A DNA stretch of 64,000 nucleotides, from sequence record MW218148.1; one strand, given 5' to 3'. The notes beneath the pieces were generated by a model, which saw nothing but the letters and a program-made list of their open reading frames with translations, searched no databases and had not been told where the DNA came from. The position numbers and the translations under genes are program-made. The first letter of the stretch is position 1; the number at the start of each line of letters is the position of its first letter. Shown piece by piece: positions 34,306 to 44,365 of this stretch.

Positions 34306-36045
34306 ATGTCAGAAAAGAATAAAGAAAAAAAGTTAGTTTCAAATATAGTAGATGAAGAATCTTATAAAGATATAGCAGAGGTAACTATTGATACTATTTC
34401 AAATACTTTAATGAAATCATTAGGTTATTTTGGTTCTACAACTATTTTTGATGATGGTATCAGTAGATACGTAACTAAAGATGGTTATAATATTCTTAAG
34501 AATATTAGGTTCCAAGATACAATCGCTACAGCTATCTTAAATTTCATTAAAGAAGTATCTTTATCATTAGTTAAATCAGTGGGAGATGGATCAACTTCAT
34601 CAGTAATTAACTCACAGTCTATGTTTAAAGAGATTAACAAAAGATTAAAAGAAAAAGACGATTTAGGTGGATATTCTCGTAAAGAGATTTCAGATTCATT
34701 AAATAATATGAAAGAATTAATTTCTAAAGAGTTAATTAAAATATCTACTGAAATCAATGAAGACAATTTCTATAAATTAAAAAATATCGCTACAGTATCA
34801 AATAATAATGATGAAAAATTAGGGGATATGATCTATGAAATCTTTACTAAGATTGGTAATAAAGGTTTTATTTTCCCAGAAACATCTGATAATGATGAAG
34901 ATCATTACACTTTAACTAGAGGTATTGAAACACCTTATGCATTATTGGATAATAAATTAATTAATAACAAAGATGACCACTCAGTTGATTTTAACAAACC
35001 TTATGTAGTTGTAGTTAATGATAAATTAACTGAAGAAGATATTAAGTGGACTTCAGACATAATCTCAAAAATTAAACCTTTTTCAGGACAAGGTTTAGTA
35101 TTCTTTGCCCCATCGTTCTCTAAAGAATTTAAAGACTATATTAAAAATAATATCCATGCAAATAGAAACAATGGTTCATTGCAAGCAGTTGAGACTGATT
35201 TTGAATTATCAATTGGATCACATTATAAAGACCCAGAGAAATTAGAAGACTTAGCAATCTATACCGGTGGTTCTATTATAGATAAAACAGTTGATAAAGA
35301 AGAATTCTATAAAAATGTAGAAGCTGTTGTAGACTCTCATGAAACTGATCCAGAATGGATGTTATTTAAAGAAACGGTTATTGGTAGAGCTGATCGTATT
35401 ACTATTGATAGTTTTAAAACTCAAATTATTAATGGACATGGAAATGGTTCTAAGCGTTTGAAAGATCGTATTTCTGAAATCAATAATGAAATTAAACATT
35501 ATGTAGATATGAATTCAGACCAAGCTATTACTGCCATCACTGATCTACAGAAGAGAGCTAATTCTTTAAATAATGCAATTGCTAAATTATATGTAGGTGG
35601 ATCTTCTCATGCAGAGAAAACATCTAGACTTTATTTAGTAGAAGATTCAGTTCATGCTTCTAAATCAGCTTTAAAATATGGATATGTATCAGGTGGAAAT
35701 CTTTCTGTTAATAAGGTTATTAAAAATATTGACAGAGAAAAATTAAGTACTTTAGATAATTTAACTCTAGACTTAATCGACATTTCTTCTCGTGAAGTAT
35801 ATCATAAAGTATTAGAAAACTTTAATAGATTTGATAAACATGAAATTAAATCTATTACACAAACATGTATTGAAAAAGATGCTATTTTAAATATTAAGAA
35901 GAATGAATATGAACAGGATTATGAAACAGATATTATTAACTCTGTAGAAACTGATATCAAAATATTAGAAACTACAATTAGTATTATCGGATTGATTTCA
36001 TTAAGTAACCAATTCTTAACTAATTCAATTATCATTCCTCAATAA
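34306..36045 (+). CDS. groEL: Phage chaperonin (GroEL-like)
   Basis: TKDGYNILKNI, VGDGSTSSVI ATP-binding loop, IATVSNNND, DLAIYTGG, LYVGG, VEDSVHA..AL..G.VSGG. No GroES in the window. Confidence 0.9.
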   Translation: MSEKNKEKKLVSNIVDEESYKDIAEVTIDTISNTLMKSLGYFGSTTIFDDGISRYVTKDGYNILKNIRFQDTIATAILNFIKEVSLSLVKSVGDGSTSSVINSQSMFKEINKRLKEKDDLGGYSRKEISDSLNNMKELISKELIKISTEINEDNFYKLKNIATVSNNNDEKLGDMIYEIFTKIGNKGFIFPETSDNDEDHYTLTRGIETPYALLDNKLINNKDDHSVDFNKPYVVVVNDKLTEEDIKWTSDIISKIKPFSGQGLVFFAPSFSKEFKDYIKNNIHANRNNGSLQAVETDFELSIGSHYKDPEKLEDLAIYTGGSIIDKTVDKEEFYKNVEAVVDSHETDPEWMLFKETVIGRADRITIDSFKTQIINGHGNGSKRLKDRISEINNEIKHYVDMNSDQAITAITDLQKRANSLNNAIAKLYVGGSSHAEKTSRLYLVEDSVHASKSALKYGYVSGGNLSVNKVIKNIDREKLSTLDNLTLDLIDISSREVYHKVLENFNRFDKHEIKSITQTCIEKDAILNIKKNEYEQDYETDIINSVETDIKILETTISIIGLISLSNQFLTNSIIIPQ

Positions 36046-36049
36046 AATT

Positions 36050-36092
36050 TGACCGAAACCATTATAACAATTAAATGGTTTCGGTTTATTTT
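36050..36092 (+). terminator. Terminator
   Basis: GACCGAAACCATT / AATGGTTTCGGTT stem plus T run. Confidence 0.75.
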
Positions 36093-36104
36093 TCGTCTTT
36101 TATA

Positions 36105-36116
36105 AACACAATATTA
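36105..36116 (+). promoter_or_regulatory. Late promoter AACA-N6-TA
   Basis: AACA caatat TA upstream of 36207. Confidence 0.55.
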
Positions 36117-36206
36117 ATTTCTAAAATTTTAAATTTTGATATAAATTTATTTGCTTTTTTGCAAAAATTTTGATATAATTAAAAATATAAGAAAGGGGAT
36201 TTTGTA

Positions 36207-36971
36207 TTGACTAATTTTACAGCTTCACAATTCCTCAAAAACCCTACAGGTAAAGGTTCAGCAACTGTGGCAAGACGTGATAGAATTATACTAGATATGA
36301 GAACAAGATTTTCTTATCTATACAGGAAAAATAAAAGGAATTTTAAGTTAAAAATATTCTTATATCAGGATAAGTATTACTTTTATTTTCAAATACCTTC
36401 TGAAGACTATTATAAAGAGGGATTAATATATGACGTTATAATAGAATTTAGACCACCTAATGAAAAAGCAGCTAAGTCTAAAGATCTTAATAACTACTTA
36501 ATTAGATTTATTAGTAACTCTCCTAACTTCATGTTTACTTATGGTTATCTTTATAATAAGGATGATTTATTAATAAGTTGGTTAAGCTATAAATTAGGAC
36601 CTAAAGCACTAAATCAACCTCCAGAAATAAGAAACCCTAGACTTGAATACGGTTTTGAGAAATCAGTTTATTTTGCTCTTTTATACTTGGAAACAAACCC
36701 TAAAGCATTAAAAAATCCATTACACTTAACTTTACCTAACAGACAAAGAATTAAAAGCTCATTTAAATCATCTGAGTTAAAGTTAAGGGAATACAACAAA
36801 ATTAAGAAACAAAATTCATCTAAGAAAAAGAATCAATCATCTTTAAAGAAAAAGTTAAATGATCGTGTATCTAAATTCAACGAAGAAAAGCAGAGGAAAA
36901 CTAAACCGATTAACCGTAAAGTAAAACCTATCGGTAAGGTTAAAAAGGTTAAAACAACAAAGAGAAAATGA
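36207..36971 (+). CDS. Conserved jumbo-phage protein with basic C-terminal tail
   Basis: FLKNPTGKGS...FQIPSE...YDVIIEF...SNSPNFMFTY...FEKSVYFA; Lys-rich end. Confidence 0.6.
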   Translation: MTNFTASQFLKNPTGKGSATVARRDRIILDMRTRFSYLYRKNKRNFKLKIFLYQDKYYFYFQIPSEDYYKEGLIYDVIIEFRPPNEKAAKSKDLNNYLIRFISNSPNFMFTYGYLYNKDDLLISWLSYKLGPKALNQPPEIRNPRLEYGFEKSVYFALLYLETNPKALKNPLHLTLPNRQRIKSSFKSSELKLREYNKIKKQNSSKKKNQSSLKKKLNDRVSKFNEEKQRKTKPINRKVKPIGKVKKVKTTKRK

Positions 36972-36977
36972 CTTAAT

Positions 36978-37023
36978 AAATATATATTATAAAAATGATA
37001 AATGATTAAAACCATTTATCATT
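36978..37023 (+). promoter_or_regulatory. Early promoter motif + adjacent hairpin
   Basis: AAATATATATTATAAAAATGA (36978-36998) then an 11-bp stem, 36994-37004/37013-37023. Confidence 0.7.
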
Positions 37024-37043
37024 TCATCATTATTATTTGAGGA

Positions 37044-38789
37044 GTGTGTCGGATATTGGAAAGAATTGCTGAGATTGAAGAAAAGAAAGGTTTAGACTTA
37101 AAAAGGATTGATAAACTAGTTTTTAACGAAGAAGAAGTGCCATTATTATCTAGTAACGTTAATAAGCTTAATAGAGTTTATGGAGATTTTAACCCTACGA
37201 ATAAGTATATTAATTCACAAGATTTAGAGACAATAGAAAAAGAAAGTAGTAAAGGTAAAGTCGACTTTGATTACATACAAAGAGATGATATTTTACCTTT
37301 AGTTAAATTTATTGAATCAGAAAAGAATGACACTATCTTTATAGACTTCAATAAAATACTTGAAACAGATAATCGAAAAGTAAATAAAGAAGAAGATTTT
37401 AATGACATATTTACAATTCAGATTAAACAAAGATCTTACAAGAGTATATTAGATTTTATTGTTAATGATATGAATTATATTGTTAATGAAATACCGCATA
37501 TTATAATTAAAGCAGCGACTATATTAAGTAAGATTTCTAAACTTAAAGATAATTATGATGAAGTAGATTTCTTTAAAGATATACAAAATCTCATTGAAGA
37601 TGAAGATCTAAGAAATATTATTCGTTATATTGTGGAGAATAACTATACTATAAACTTAGATCAAACTAATGCTGAAGCAATGTTACAAAGTAAAAAGGTT
37701 ATTAAGAAAGACCTTCAAGTAACAGACAAAGTCAATCAGTCATTCTTATCAGCAGCTTTGTTACAAAGATTTATCATACCGTTTATTAGTCAATATTATG
37801 TAATCACTAATAAGTATCATTGTGAAAATGCTGATGCAGATAAAGAAAGAACTAAAAATGGTTATTTCAAAGCGTTCAATTATTGTATGTGCGTTGCTTC
37901 ATTTGATTATAATGTAAGTAATAATAATAAACTGTACAAGATTGTTGAACCGAAAGTAATCAAAACGAAATATAATGATAGAGTTATTTGGAGATTCTTA
38001 GATTTAAGATCTATCGATCCAGATACAGTTATCAACAAAATTATGGATAAAATTATCAGACAAATCGTATGTAAATTATTAGTTGATACTTCAGCTGTAG
38101 CGTACTTTACTTCAGTAATTAAATTCTCTATTGATTATGAATTTAAATATAAATATCCTATCAAATTCAGATCTATTAGATTAACTACTGATGACGATGA
38201 TGAGGAAGATAGCTTTGATAGATTCCAAATGAATAATTTCCATAAGGTTAATGAACGTTTAGATTTAGCTAATAAAATCACTATAGACAGATTCATTAAT
38301 GAAAGAATTAAAGAACTAGATATTTCAGATGATTATATAAATAGATTATATGATAAATTTGATTATATTAATGATCTTCAATCACACTTAATTAAAGTAT
38401 ACTTTGCTGAATACTTTAATGTAACTACTAATGATAGAAAAAGTATTGTCTCGCTTTTAGCTATCATGTCTAAAGAATTAATTAACAATAATATGGTTAC
38501 TCTAGGTAAAATTGTTGCTAGTAAAGTTATATCTGGAACTAAGGCTAAGAATGTAGGTAAACTATCTCTTGATGTTATCGCTGATAGATATTATGTTGAA
38601 GCTTGGAATAAATATAAATTTATAAATGACATCACAGAAAAAGATAATTTCATCTTAAGAATAGCTTTGGTTAATGGATATTCATTTAGTTTCACTCCAG
38701 AAGATAATAATAAAGAAGAAGAGATTATAGAAGATATTGATAAGAAGTTCTTTATATCAGAAGTGTCTCAATTCATTTCTCAGTATTAA
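37044..38789 (+). CDS. Sigma-like promoter-specificity subunit of non-virion RNAP (AR9 gp226-like)
   Basis: Ordered blocks KQRSY, IVENNYTINLDQ, DLQVTD, NKLYKIV, KTKYNDRVIW, FKYKYPIKF match my recollection of AR9 gp226; early promoter upstream. Start may be TTG at 37056. Confidence 0.7.
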   Translation: MCRILERIAEIEEKKGLDLKRIDKLVFNEEEVPLLSSNVNKLNRVYGDFNPTNKYINSQDLETIEKESSKGKVDFDYIQRDDILPLVKFIESEKNDTIFIDFNKILETDNRKVNKEEDFNDIFTIQIKQRSYKSILDFIVNDMNYIVNEIPHIIIKAATILSKISKLKDNYDEVDFFKDIQNLIEDEDLRNIIRYIVENNYTINLDQTNAEAMLQSKKVIKKDLQVTDKVNQSFLSAALLQRFIIPFISQYYVITNKYHCENADADKERTKNGYFKAFNYCMCVASFDYNVSNNNKLYKIVEPKVIKTKYNDRVIWRFLDLRSIDPDTVINKIMDKIIRQIVCKLLVDTSAVAYFTSVIKFSIDYEFKYKYPIKFRSIRLTTDDDDEEDSFDRFQMNNFHKVNERLDLANKITIDRFINERIKELDISDDYINRLYDKFDYINDLQSHLIKVYFAEYFNVTTNDRKSIVSLLAIMSKELINNNMVTLGKIVASKVISGTKAKNVGKLSLDVIADRYYVEAWNKYKFINDITEKDNFILRIALVNGYSFSFTPEDNNKEEEIIEDIDKKFFISEVSQFISQY

Positions 38790-38804
38790 AAAAAAATATT
38801 TAAA

Positions 38805-38846
38805 AATAACCCATACACTTCTTATTGAGGTGTATGGGTTGTATTA
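38805..38846. terminator. Bidirectional terminator
   Basis: AACCCATACAC(T)T / GAGGTGTATGGGTT between convergent genes. Confidence 0.7.
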
Positions 38847-38872
38847 TTTTTTTTTCTTGGATCATAGAAAAT

Positions 38873-40024
38873 CTATCGGTTTAATTCACCTTCAAATAGA
38901 TAATCAATATTAATGTAAGTTCTTTCAAACACTTCTTCATTAAGTGTTTTAATTTCATTAGGATCATTAAAGTCAATAATCTGTGATGAAATTATATTCT
39001 GTATCTTACTACCGTCTATCTCATCAACTATATGTGAATGATTAAACAATTTAAATCTCTTAATTAATTCTTCCATTTTATCGTCTTTTAATTTACCTGA
39101 AAATAACTTTCTTAAAGAAGATTCATTTGCATAATCTTTAAGAGGTGATAACTCTATATCAGATATCATTTTATCTAATAATTTGACTGTAGATACTGGT
39201 CCATAACCAGGAATTGATTTGTATTCTTGATCTTTATGGTCTGTAAATAAGTTATATATGTCTAAGATATTATAGTCTATATTAACAAATTCATTAATGT
39301 CCTTTTTAGTTCCTGAACTAAATAACTCATCTTTAACATTCTCTTTTGATATAACTTTACTCTTTTCTGAACCTCTTAACTCTAATAATAACATTCTATC
39401 TTTATATTTTAATAACTGTCTGTATATTTTATCATTACTAACTATTAAAGAATAATCATTATTATTGTCTATATTAGTTTTATTTATAATATAGTATGGT
39501 AGTATAGTTGGTTCTATTTTGTAGGTATCAATAAAATATGCATTAGGAATATACTTAACTATAGTTTTAACCAACTCTAAAGTTGATTTAATTGTCTTAT
39601 TTGTATCTCTATAAGTTATATTATTTTTATCCATCTTCTTATAATATTCTTTCTTATAGTTACTATCTATATTTGTATGATAAATGGATTCTTTATCTGA
39701 ATAGAATAAAAAGAATCTACTATGCATACTTAACCTACTTGCAAAGAAATGTCTATAATGCCCTATTATATTAACCAACTCTACCACTAAATTTAATCTA
39801 TCTTTAGTTTTTATATGAGTAAAGTTTTCAGCTATCTGAGGCGAATATAACTGTTTGATTACTGAATTGATATCTATATAAACAGTAACGTTATCATTGT
39901 TTGTATAACTATTAAATTTCCCTCCTTCTACATAAGGTCTAACTAATTCTGTCATTTTGTTATAATTTAATTTTTTGGAATTTATAATACGTTCTATTAT
40001 ACTAATATCCATTATGTAACTCAC
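38873..40024 (-). CDS. 5'-3' exonuclease / FEN-like (T4 RNase H-like), divergent
   Basis: VYIDINS, IVSNDKIYRQLL (S.D.D..QL), H3TH motif SIPGYGPVSTVKLL. Confidence 0.65.
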   Translation of the reverse strand: MSYIMDISIIERIINSKKLNYNKMTELVRPYVEGGKFNSYTNNDNVTVYIDINSVIKQLYSPQIAENFTHIKTKDRLNLVVELVNIIGHYRHFFASRLSMHSRFFLFYSDKESIYHTNIDSNYKKEYYKKMDKNNITYRDTNKTIKSTLELVKTIVKYIPNAYFIDTYKIEPTILPYYIINKTNIDNNNDYSLIVSNDKIYRQLLKYKDRMLLLELRGSEKSKVISKENVKDELFSSGTKKDINEFVNIDYNILDIYNLFTDHKDQEYKSIPGYGPVSTVKLLDKMISDIELSPLKDYANESSLRKLFSGKLKDDKMEELIKRFKLFNHSHIVDEIDGSKIQNIISSQIIDFNDPNEIKTLNEEVFERTYINIDYLFEGELNR

Positions 40025-40030
40025 GTCCTT

Positions 40031-40051
40031 TCATTTCTATAATATATAATT
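40031..40051 (-). promoter_or_regulatory. Early promoter motif (no hairpin, SD follows directly)
   Basis: AATTATATATTATAGAAATGA, 19/21 to the consensus. Confidence 0.6.
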
Positions 40052-40093
40052 ATATATTAATTCGTAATTTTATAAAAATTGATATTAGATGGT

Positions 40094-40105
40094 AACATTC
40101 ACTTA
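40094..40105 (+). promoter_or_regulatory. Late promoter AACA-N6-TA
   Basis: ggtAACA ttcact TA upstream of 40129. Confidence 0.7.
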
Positions 40106-40128
40106 TAATAATATGTATTGGGAAGTCG

Positions 40129-41412
40129 GTGAATTTTAAATTGATAGAGAGTTTAATTACTAAAAAAATATTTAATATAAGGTTAATAGCTTTATATTCA
40201 GATGGAGAATCTGAAGATTTATCTCAATTCATTAAACGATCCAGAATTGAAATGAACTTTCAAGAATTCATAATGCCTTACTATAGGTTTATATTAAGAT
40301 TACCTAAAGAGACTATAATTAAAATTAATAAAGACAGAGACAAAATTGTTTTCTCATTCAACTCAAATATGATAACTACTGATGCTGAAAGTGAAAGTCT
40401 TTCTGTACCATTTTATGAAGAAATTATATTGAAACCATTAATGGATTTAAGTAATCCAGTTAATTATGATGATAGAATAACTAGAGATGATGAAGATGAG
40501 AAACATTTATTTGATCGTTATGAATTAGTAGCAATATCAGAAGAGACTTTAAAAACAAATAAACCTATTGTATCTGGAATATATAATAACTGTACTGTAT
40601 CAGAAGTAGTTACAGATCTATTATCAAATCTTAATAATAGAGATATCTATCTCCATGAAATTGATAATGATAAGATATATGAACAAATAATACTACTTCC
40701 AGCTAATGTATATGATAATATAAAATTCATAGATGATGTTTATGGAATATATAATAGAGAAATCAAAGTATTTAATCATGAATCAGGTTTAAATATACTA
40801 CCAATGTCTGGATTTGATCCTAATGAAATTGGTAAAGTTAAAATTGATATAAGATTTCCTGCCAATCAAACTGCTGAAGAAATCATAGAAGGATCATATG
40901 AACAAATATCTGAAGTTGATGATAGAGTAAGAAATAAAAATATATCTACTAAAATAAATAATGTATCTTTAATAGACAATACACGTTTATTTAATGAGCT
41001 AATCGGTTCTGAAATAAATCTTTTTGGAATGGAAAATACTTCTGATTCACCTAAATTAAGTACTCATAAGAGATATATTGAAGATAGAAATGGTGTTGTT
41101 AATAAAGTTAAAGTTTATGATGACATATACGATAATCCATACAGTTTAGAAAAAGAATTTAATAATAGTAAAGATATAATTGTAAAAATTCAGCTTAATG
41201 ACATTGATATAACTATGGATGATACATTCAAACAATTTGACTTAGAATTCTTTAATCAATATTATAAACACTATAATGGTTTATATGAGTTACTTTCAAT
41301 TAATCAAGAATTCAAGACCGCTAACAAAGCTTTAGTTCTTTCTAATTATGTAACTTTAAGAAAAATAAATGACCATGTATTTACACAAAATGATAATAAT
41401 CCCAATACCTAA
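40129..41412 (+). CDS. Virion structural protein, possibly baseplate-hub-like
   Basis: Late promoter; IYHEIDND..YEQIILLP......IKFIDDVYGIY pattern resembles hub proteins. Weak assignment. Confidence 0.4.
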   Translation: MNFKLIESLITKKIFNIRLIALYSDGESEDLSQFIKRSRIEMNFQEFIMPYYRFILRLPKETIIKINKDRDKIVFSFNSNMITTDAESESLSVPFYEEIILKPLMDLSNPVNYDDRITRDDEDEKHLFDRYELVAISEETLKTNKPIVSGIYNNCTVSEVVTDLLSNLNNRDIYLHEIDNDKIYEQIILLPANVYDNIKFIDDVYGIYNREIKVFNHESGLNILPMSGFDPNEIGKVKIDIRFPANQTAEEIIEGSYEQISEVDDRVRNKNISTKINNVSLIDNTRLFNELIGSEINLFGMENTSDSPKLSTHKRYIEDRNGVVNKVKVYDDIYDNPYSLEKEFNNSKDIIVKIQLNDIDITMDDTFKQFDLEFFNQYYKHYNGLYELLSINQEFKTANKALVLSNYVTLRKINDHVFTQNDNNPNT

Positions 41413-41432
41413 AGAAAAGGTATTGGGATATA
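41399..41432. terminator. Bidirectional terminator
   Basis: AATCCCAATACCT / AGGTATTGGGAT; same stem as the element at 14043. Confidence 0.7.
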
Positions 41433-41435
41433 TTA

Positions 41436-42197
41436 TTAACTGATATATTTCTGAACGTCATTTAATAGATTAACATGGCTTTGCATTGAATTTTTAATAA
41501 CCTGTCTGTAGATCACATTTAGTTTATTAAGATCATTAACTAATAATTGATTTTCTCTGATTTTTTGCTCTTCAATTTCTTTATTTGCAAATTTAATAGA
41601 AGTTTCTGAAGTTGCTTTCATTGTATCTGCTGAAATCTTAAATGATCTAGCAAATACTTTAGCTTCATTAAACTGTTCAAAAGATTTATTAACCACATAT
41701 TCTAAATCCATAGACATTGTTAAGGGTATTTCTAAATAATGATCTTTCTCATTTAATTCCAGCTCAAATTCCCTACACTTAGCTGCAAATCCTTCTTGAC
41801 CTGCATATTTAAGCGTATCTTCATGTTTTCTTAAATCAGTGGATTTCCAAATAAGGAAAGTTGATGCTGGACCTGAAAGATTTCCCATAACTCTATTAAT
41901 TTCTTCTTTATTCTTTCTAATCTTCTTGATAGTTGATTTAGTTTTCATAGTCACTCTATTAAAATTAGTATTAAAGAACTTCATGAATTTAACCAAAGTA
42001 TTTTTTATCAATGCTAATATATTTAAAAAGAACTCTTTCAATGCATGAAAGAAACTTTCAACTGGCGATTCATTTAATCTGGCAATTTCATTATGAAAAC
42101 CTAATGAAGAGTTTACTATTTCTATTTCTTCTTTAAGAAAAACTGTTTCAAATTCTTTGTTTTCTAACAAAACAAAATCTCTCCTTTCATATTTCAA
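41436..42197 (-). CDS. Putative internal head (inner-body-type) protein
   Basis: LLEN, RLNES, then the amphipathic helix KEFFLNILALIKNTLVKFMKFF; paralog of 42248..43096. Confidence 0.55.
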   Translation of the reverse strand: MKYERRDFVLLENKEFETVFLKEEIEIVNSSLGFHNEIARLNESPVESFFHALKEFFLNILALIKNTLVKFMKFFNTNFNRVTMKTKSTIKKIRKNKEEINRVMGNLSGPASTFLIWKSTDLRKHEDTLKYAGQEGFAAKCREFELELNEKDHYLEIPLTMSMDLEYVVNKSFEQFNEAKVFARSFKISADTMKATSETSIKFANKEIEEQKIRENQLLVNDLNKLNVIYRQVIKNSMQSHVNLLNDVQKYIS

Positions 42198-42209
42198 ATA
42201 AAAAAAAAA

Positions 42210-42239
42210 GACCTAATACCCATATAGAGTATTAGGTCT
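42210..42239 (-). terminator. Terminator
   Basis: GACCTAATAC / GTATTAGGTC stem, A run on the + strand (U tract on minus). Confidence 0.7.
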
Positions 42240-42247
42240 GTAATCAA

Positions 42248-43096
42248 TTAAGCATTCATAGCTTTAGCTTTTTTGTCAGCTGCTTTATTTTGATCTTTAA
42301 CAGCTTGTTTAGCGTTTTTAGCACTTGCTTTGCTTCCACTATTTAAGATTTTAGCTACTTTATAAGCTTTGCCAAGAACTTCATTATTACTAGCAATTGA
42401 CATTGAAGCATATTTACGAGCTAATGCTATACATTTATTATTGATTTTAATTTCAGCTTTCTTTTGATTCACTAATTCTTTATCCCCTTTAGCGGCTGCT
42501 TGAGTACCAGTTTTAGCACTGCCATCAGCGTTAGAAGAGTTTGTTTTGATAGTTTTAGCAGTCGATTTAATTTCTTTCATGCTCGTACTAGAATTACGAA
42601 CTGCATTCACTATAGAACTTTTATCTTTTAATGTTGATTCTTTCCAAATTACACTTTTATCACTTTTTTCTGCATTAAGTAAAGATTGTAATTGGTATAG
42701 TTCTTCTTCTTTTTTCTTAACATCAACATTAGCTGTGTCAAGTTTGCCTAAGTCAACCCCACCAGATAGAAGAACAAATACTTTTTCTTCTTGGTCTTTT
42801 TCAACTGTACCATTTAAGTTTGCTTGAGCAATATATTTTTTAATATTGTTGAAACGAGAGAATAATTTATTGTAAGCATCAACGAAGAAAGTCATGAATT
42901 TCTTAACCGCTTCTTTAATAGCTTTAATAATTTTGATAAAGAATTCTTTAGCTTTTTCGCCAAATCCTTTTCCGTCTTTTGTATCTTCTTCAGCTTCATT
43001 TAAGGCATTGAAACTTTCTAACACCATAAGTTCATTTTCTGAAGCAGATAATTGTTCTTCTAAAATAGAATATTCAAATGATTGATTTTGTAACAT
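42248..43096 (-). CDS. Putative internal head (inner-body-type) protein
   Basis: ILEE, VLES, ALNEA, then KEFFIKIIKAIKEAVKKFMTFF; K/A-rich helical C-terminus. Confidence 0.55.
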   Translation of the reverse strand: MLQNQSFEYSILEEQLSASENELMVLESFNALNEAEEDTKDGKGFGEKAKEFFIKIIKAIKEAVKKFMTFFVDAYNKLFSRFNNIKKYIAQANLNGTVEKDQEEKVFVLLSGGVDLGKLDTANVDVKKKEEELYQLQSLLNAEKSDKSVIWKESTLKDKSSIVNAVRNSSTSMKEIKSTAKTIKTNSSNADGSAKTGTQAAAKGDKELVNQKKAEIKINNKCIALARKYASMSIASNNEVLGKAYKVAKILNSGSKASAKNAKQAVKDQNKAADKKAKAMNA

Positions 43097-43147
43097 TATA
43101 TAATTTCCTCCATTTATTTAAATTTATATATTTTGTTTTTTAATACA

Positions 43148-44194
43148 TTAGAAACTGATATTAAAATCATCTTCTAATTCTCTTCCAATTTCTGAATCGA
43201 TTTTATCAGATTCTGACTTACCTTGAACTTCAGATACACCATCTTCAATATCAATTCGGTCAGCTAATTTATTTAAACGTTCAGCAGCTTTATTCTGTTT
43301 TTCACGTGCTTTATCTGATAAGTTATCATTTTGTTCACCTTCAATGATTTTAACAGCTTCACGTAAATATTCAGCTAAGTCTGAACGGGTTTTGATTATT
43401 TTAATGTACGCTTGTTTAACTAAAAATAAAGATAACATAGATCCTGCAAGTACAGTTATAGTTAACCCACCGTATTTAATGAATTTTTCAGATTTTGATA
43501 ATTTATCAAGCACATCACTTGCACCAATTTCTTTAGCTAATTTACTAATACTGTCAAGATCAAATTCAAATCCTTCATTAGTACTAATGAAAGAACCTTC
43601 AAATTTAAAAGTATCTCTAAGTTTTCCAGCTTTGTACATTTTCAAAACATTTTCCAATGTTTTTAATTCAACAGAGTCTTTCTTTCTTAACTTATCACCA
43701 TTAAATACTAATCTACCTTGTTCATTATCAAAACCTAAGAAGAATAGTTGAGTAGTAAGTAATAGTACAGAAGAAGCAACAGTAGTATAAACTAATTGTC
43801 CCACTTCATTATTATTGTTAAAACATTTTTTAAAGTTATTTTTTTCTTTTTCAAGTAAGTTTACAGAATTCTCTACTGTATCAAAAACGGAAATAAGTTT
43901 AGGGTCAAAGCTTCTAGACTTATGAGCTTTTAAAAATTTAAAAGTTTTTTCAAAATCTTTATATGCTTTAACCTTATTAAAATCACCTTTACTAGAAAGG
44001 ACTGATTTTAAGTTTTTATTTCCTGATTTTTTCAACATTTTTTCAGACGTTTTAGAAATAGCTACAGTTAAGGCTTGCATTTTCTCTTCTGGATCTAATC
44101 TCTTAAAAGGTCTGAAAGGTAAAGAGAATTCCTGTAAAACTTTTTGTGTCATTGCATCTTCACTAAGAAGATGTTTGCTTTCAAGAAGTTCCAC
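43148..44194 (-). CDS. Putative virion/internal head protein
   Basis: GTG at 44194 behind SD AGGAAGTGGAG gives MELLESKHLLSED (track start 44230 has no SD); two hydrophobic segments. Confidence 0.55.
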   Translation of the reverse strand: MELLESKHLLSEDAMTQKVLQEFSLPFRPFKRLDPEEKMQALTVAISKTSEKMLKKSGNKNLKSVLSSKGDFNKVKAYKDFEKTFKFLKAHKSRSFDPKLISVFDTVENSVNLLEKEKNNFKKCFNNNNEVGQLVYTTVASSVLLLTTQLFFLGFDNEQGRLVFNGDKLRKKDSVELKTLENVLKMYKAGKLRDTFKFEGSFISTNEGFEFDLDSISKLAKEIGASDVLDKLSKSEKFIKYGGLTITVLAGSMLSLFLVKQAYIKIIKTRSDLAEYLREAVKIIEGEQNDNLSDKAREKQNKAAERLNKLADRIDIEDGVSEVQGKSESDKIDSEIGRELEDDFNISF

Positions 44195-44283
44195 AGGGAA
44201 TCTCCACTTCCTTTCTAGGAATAAATTCAAATAAAATAGAAAATGCTAATCTACACGCTAATATAAATTTCATTTTTATTTTA

Positions 44284-44295
44284 TAAAATTTTGTT
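44284..44295 (-). promoter_or_regulatory. Late promoter AACA-N6-TA
   Basis: AACA aaattt TA. Confidence 0.6.
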
Positions 44296-44365
44296 CTAAA
44301 TATAATTCCATTAATTTATTCAAATTAAGAAATATATCTTATTATATGATAAATGTTTCTACTAA

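Noticed and set aside
43126-43137. Late promoter upstream of 43096
   Set aside because: AACA is present but the TA spacing is 5 or 7 rather than 6; left uncalled.
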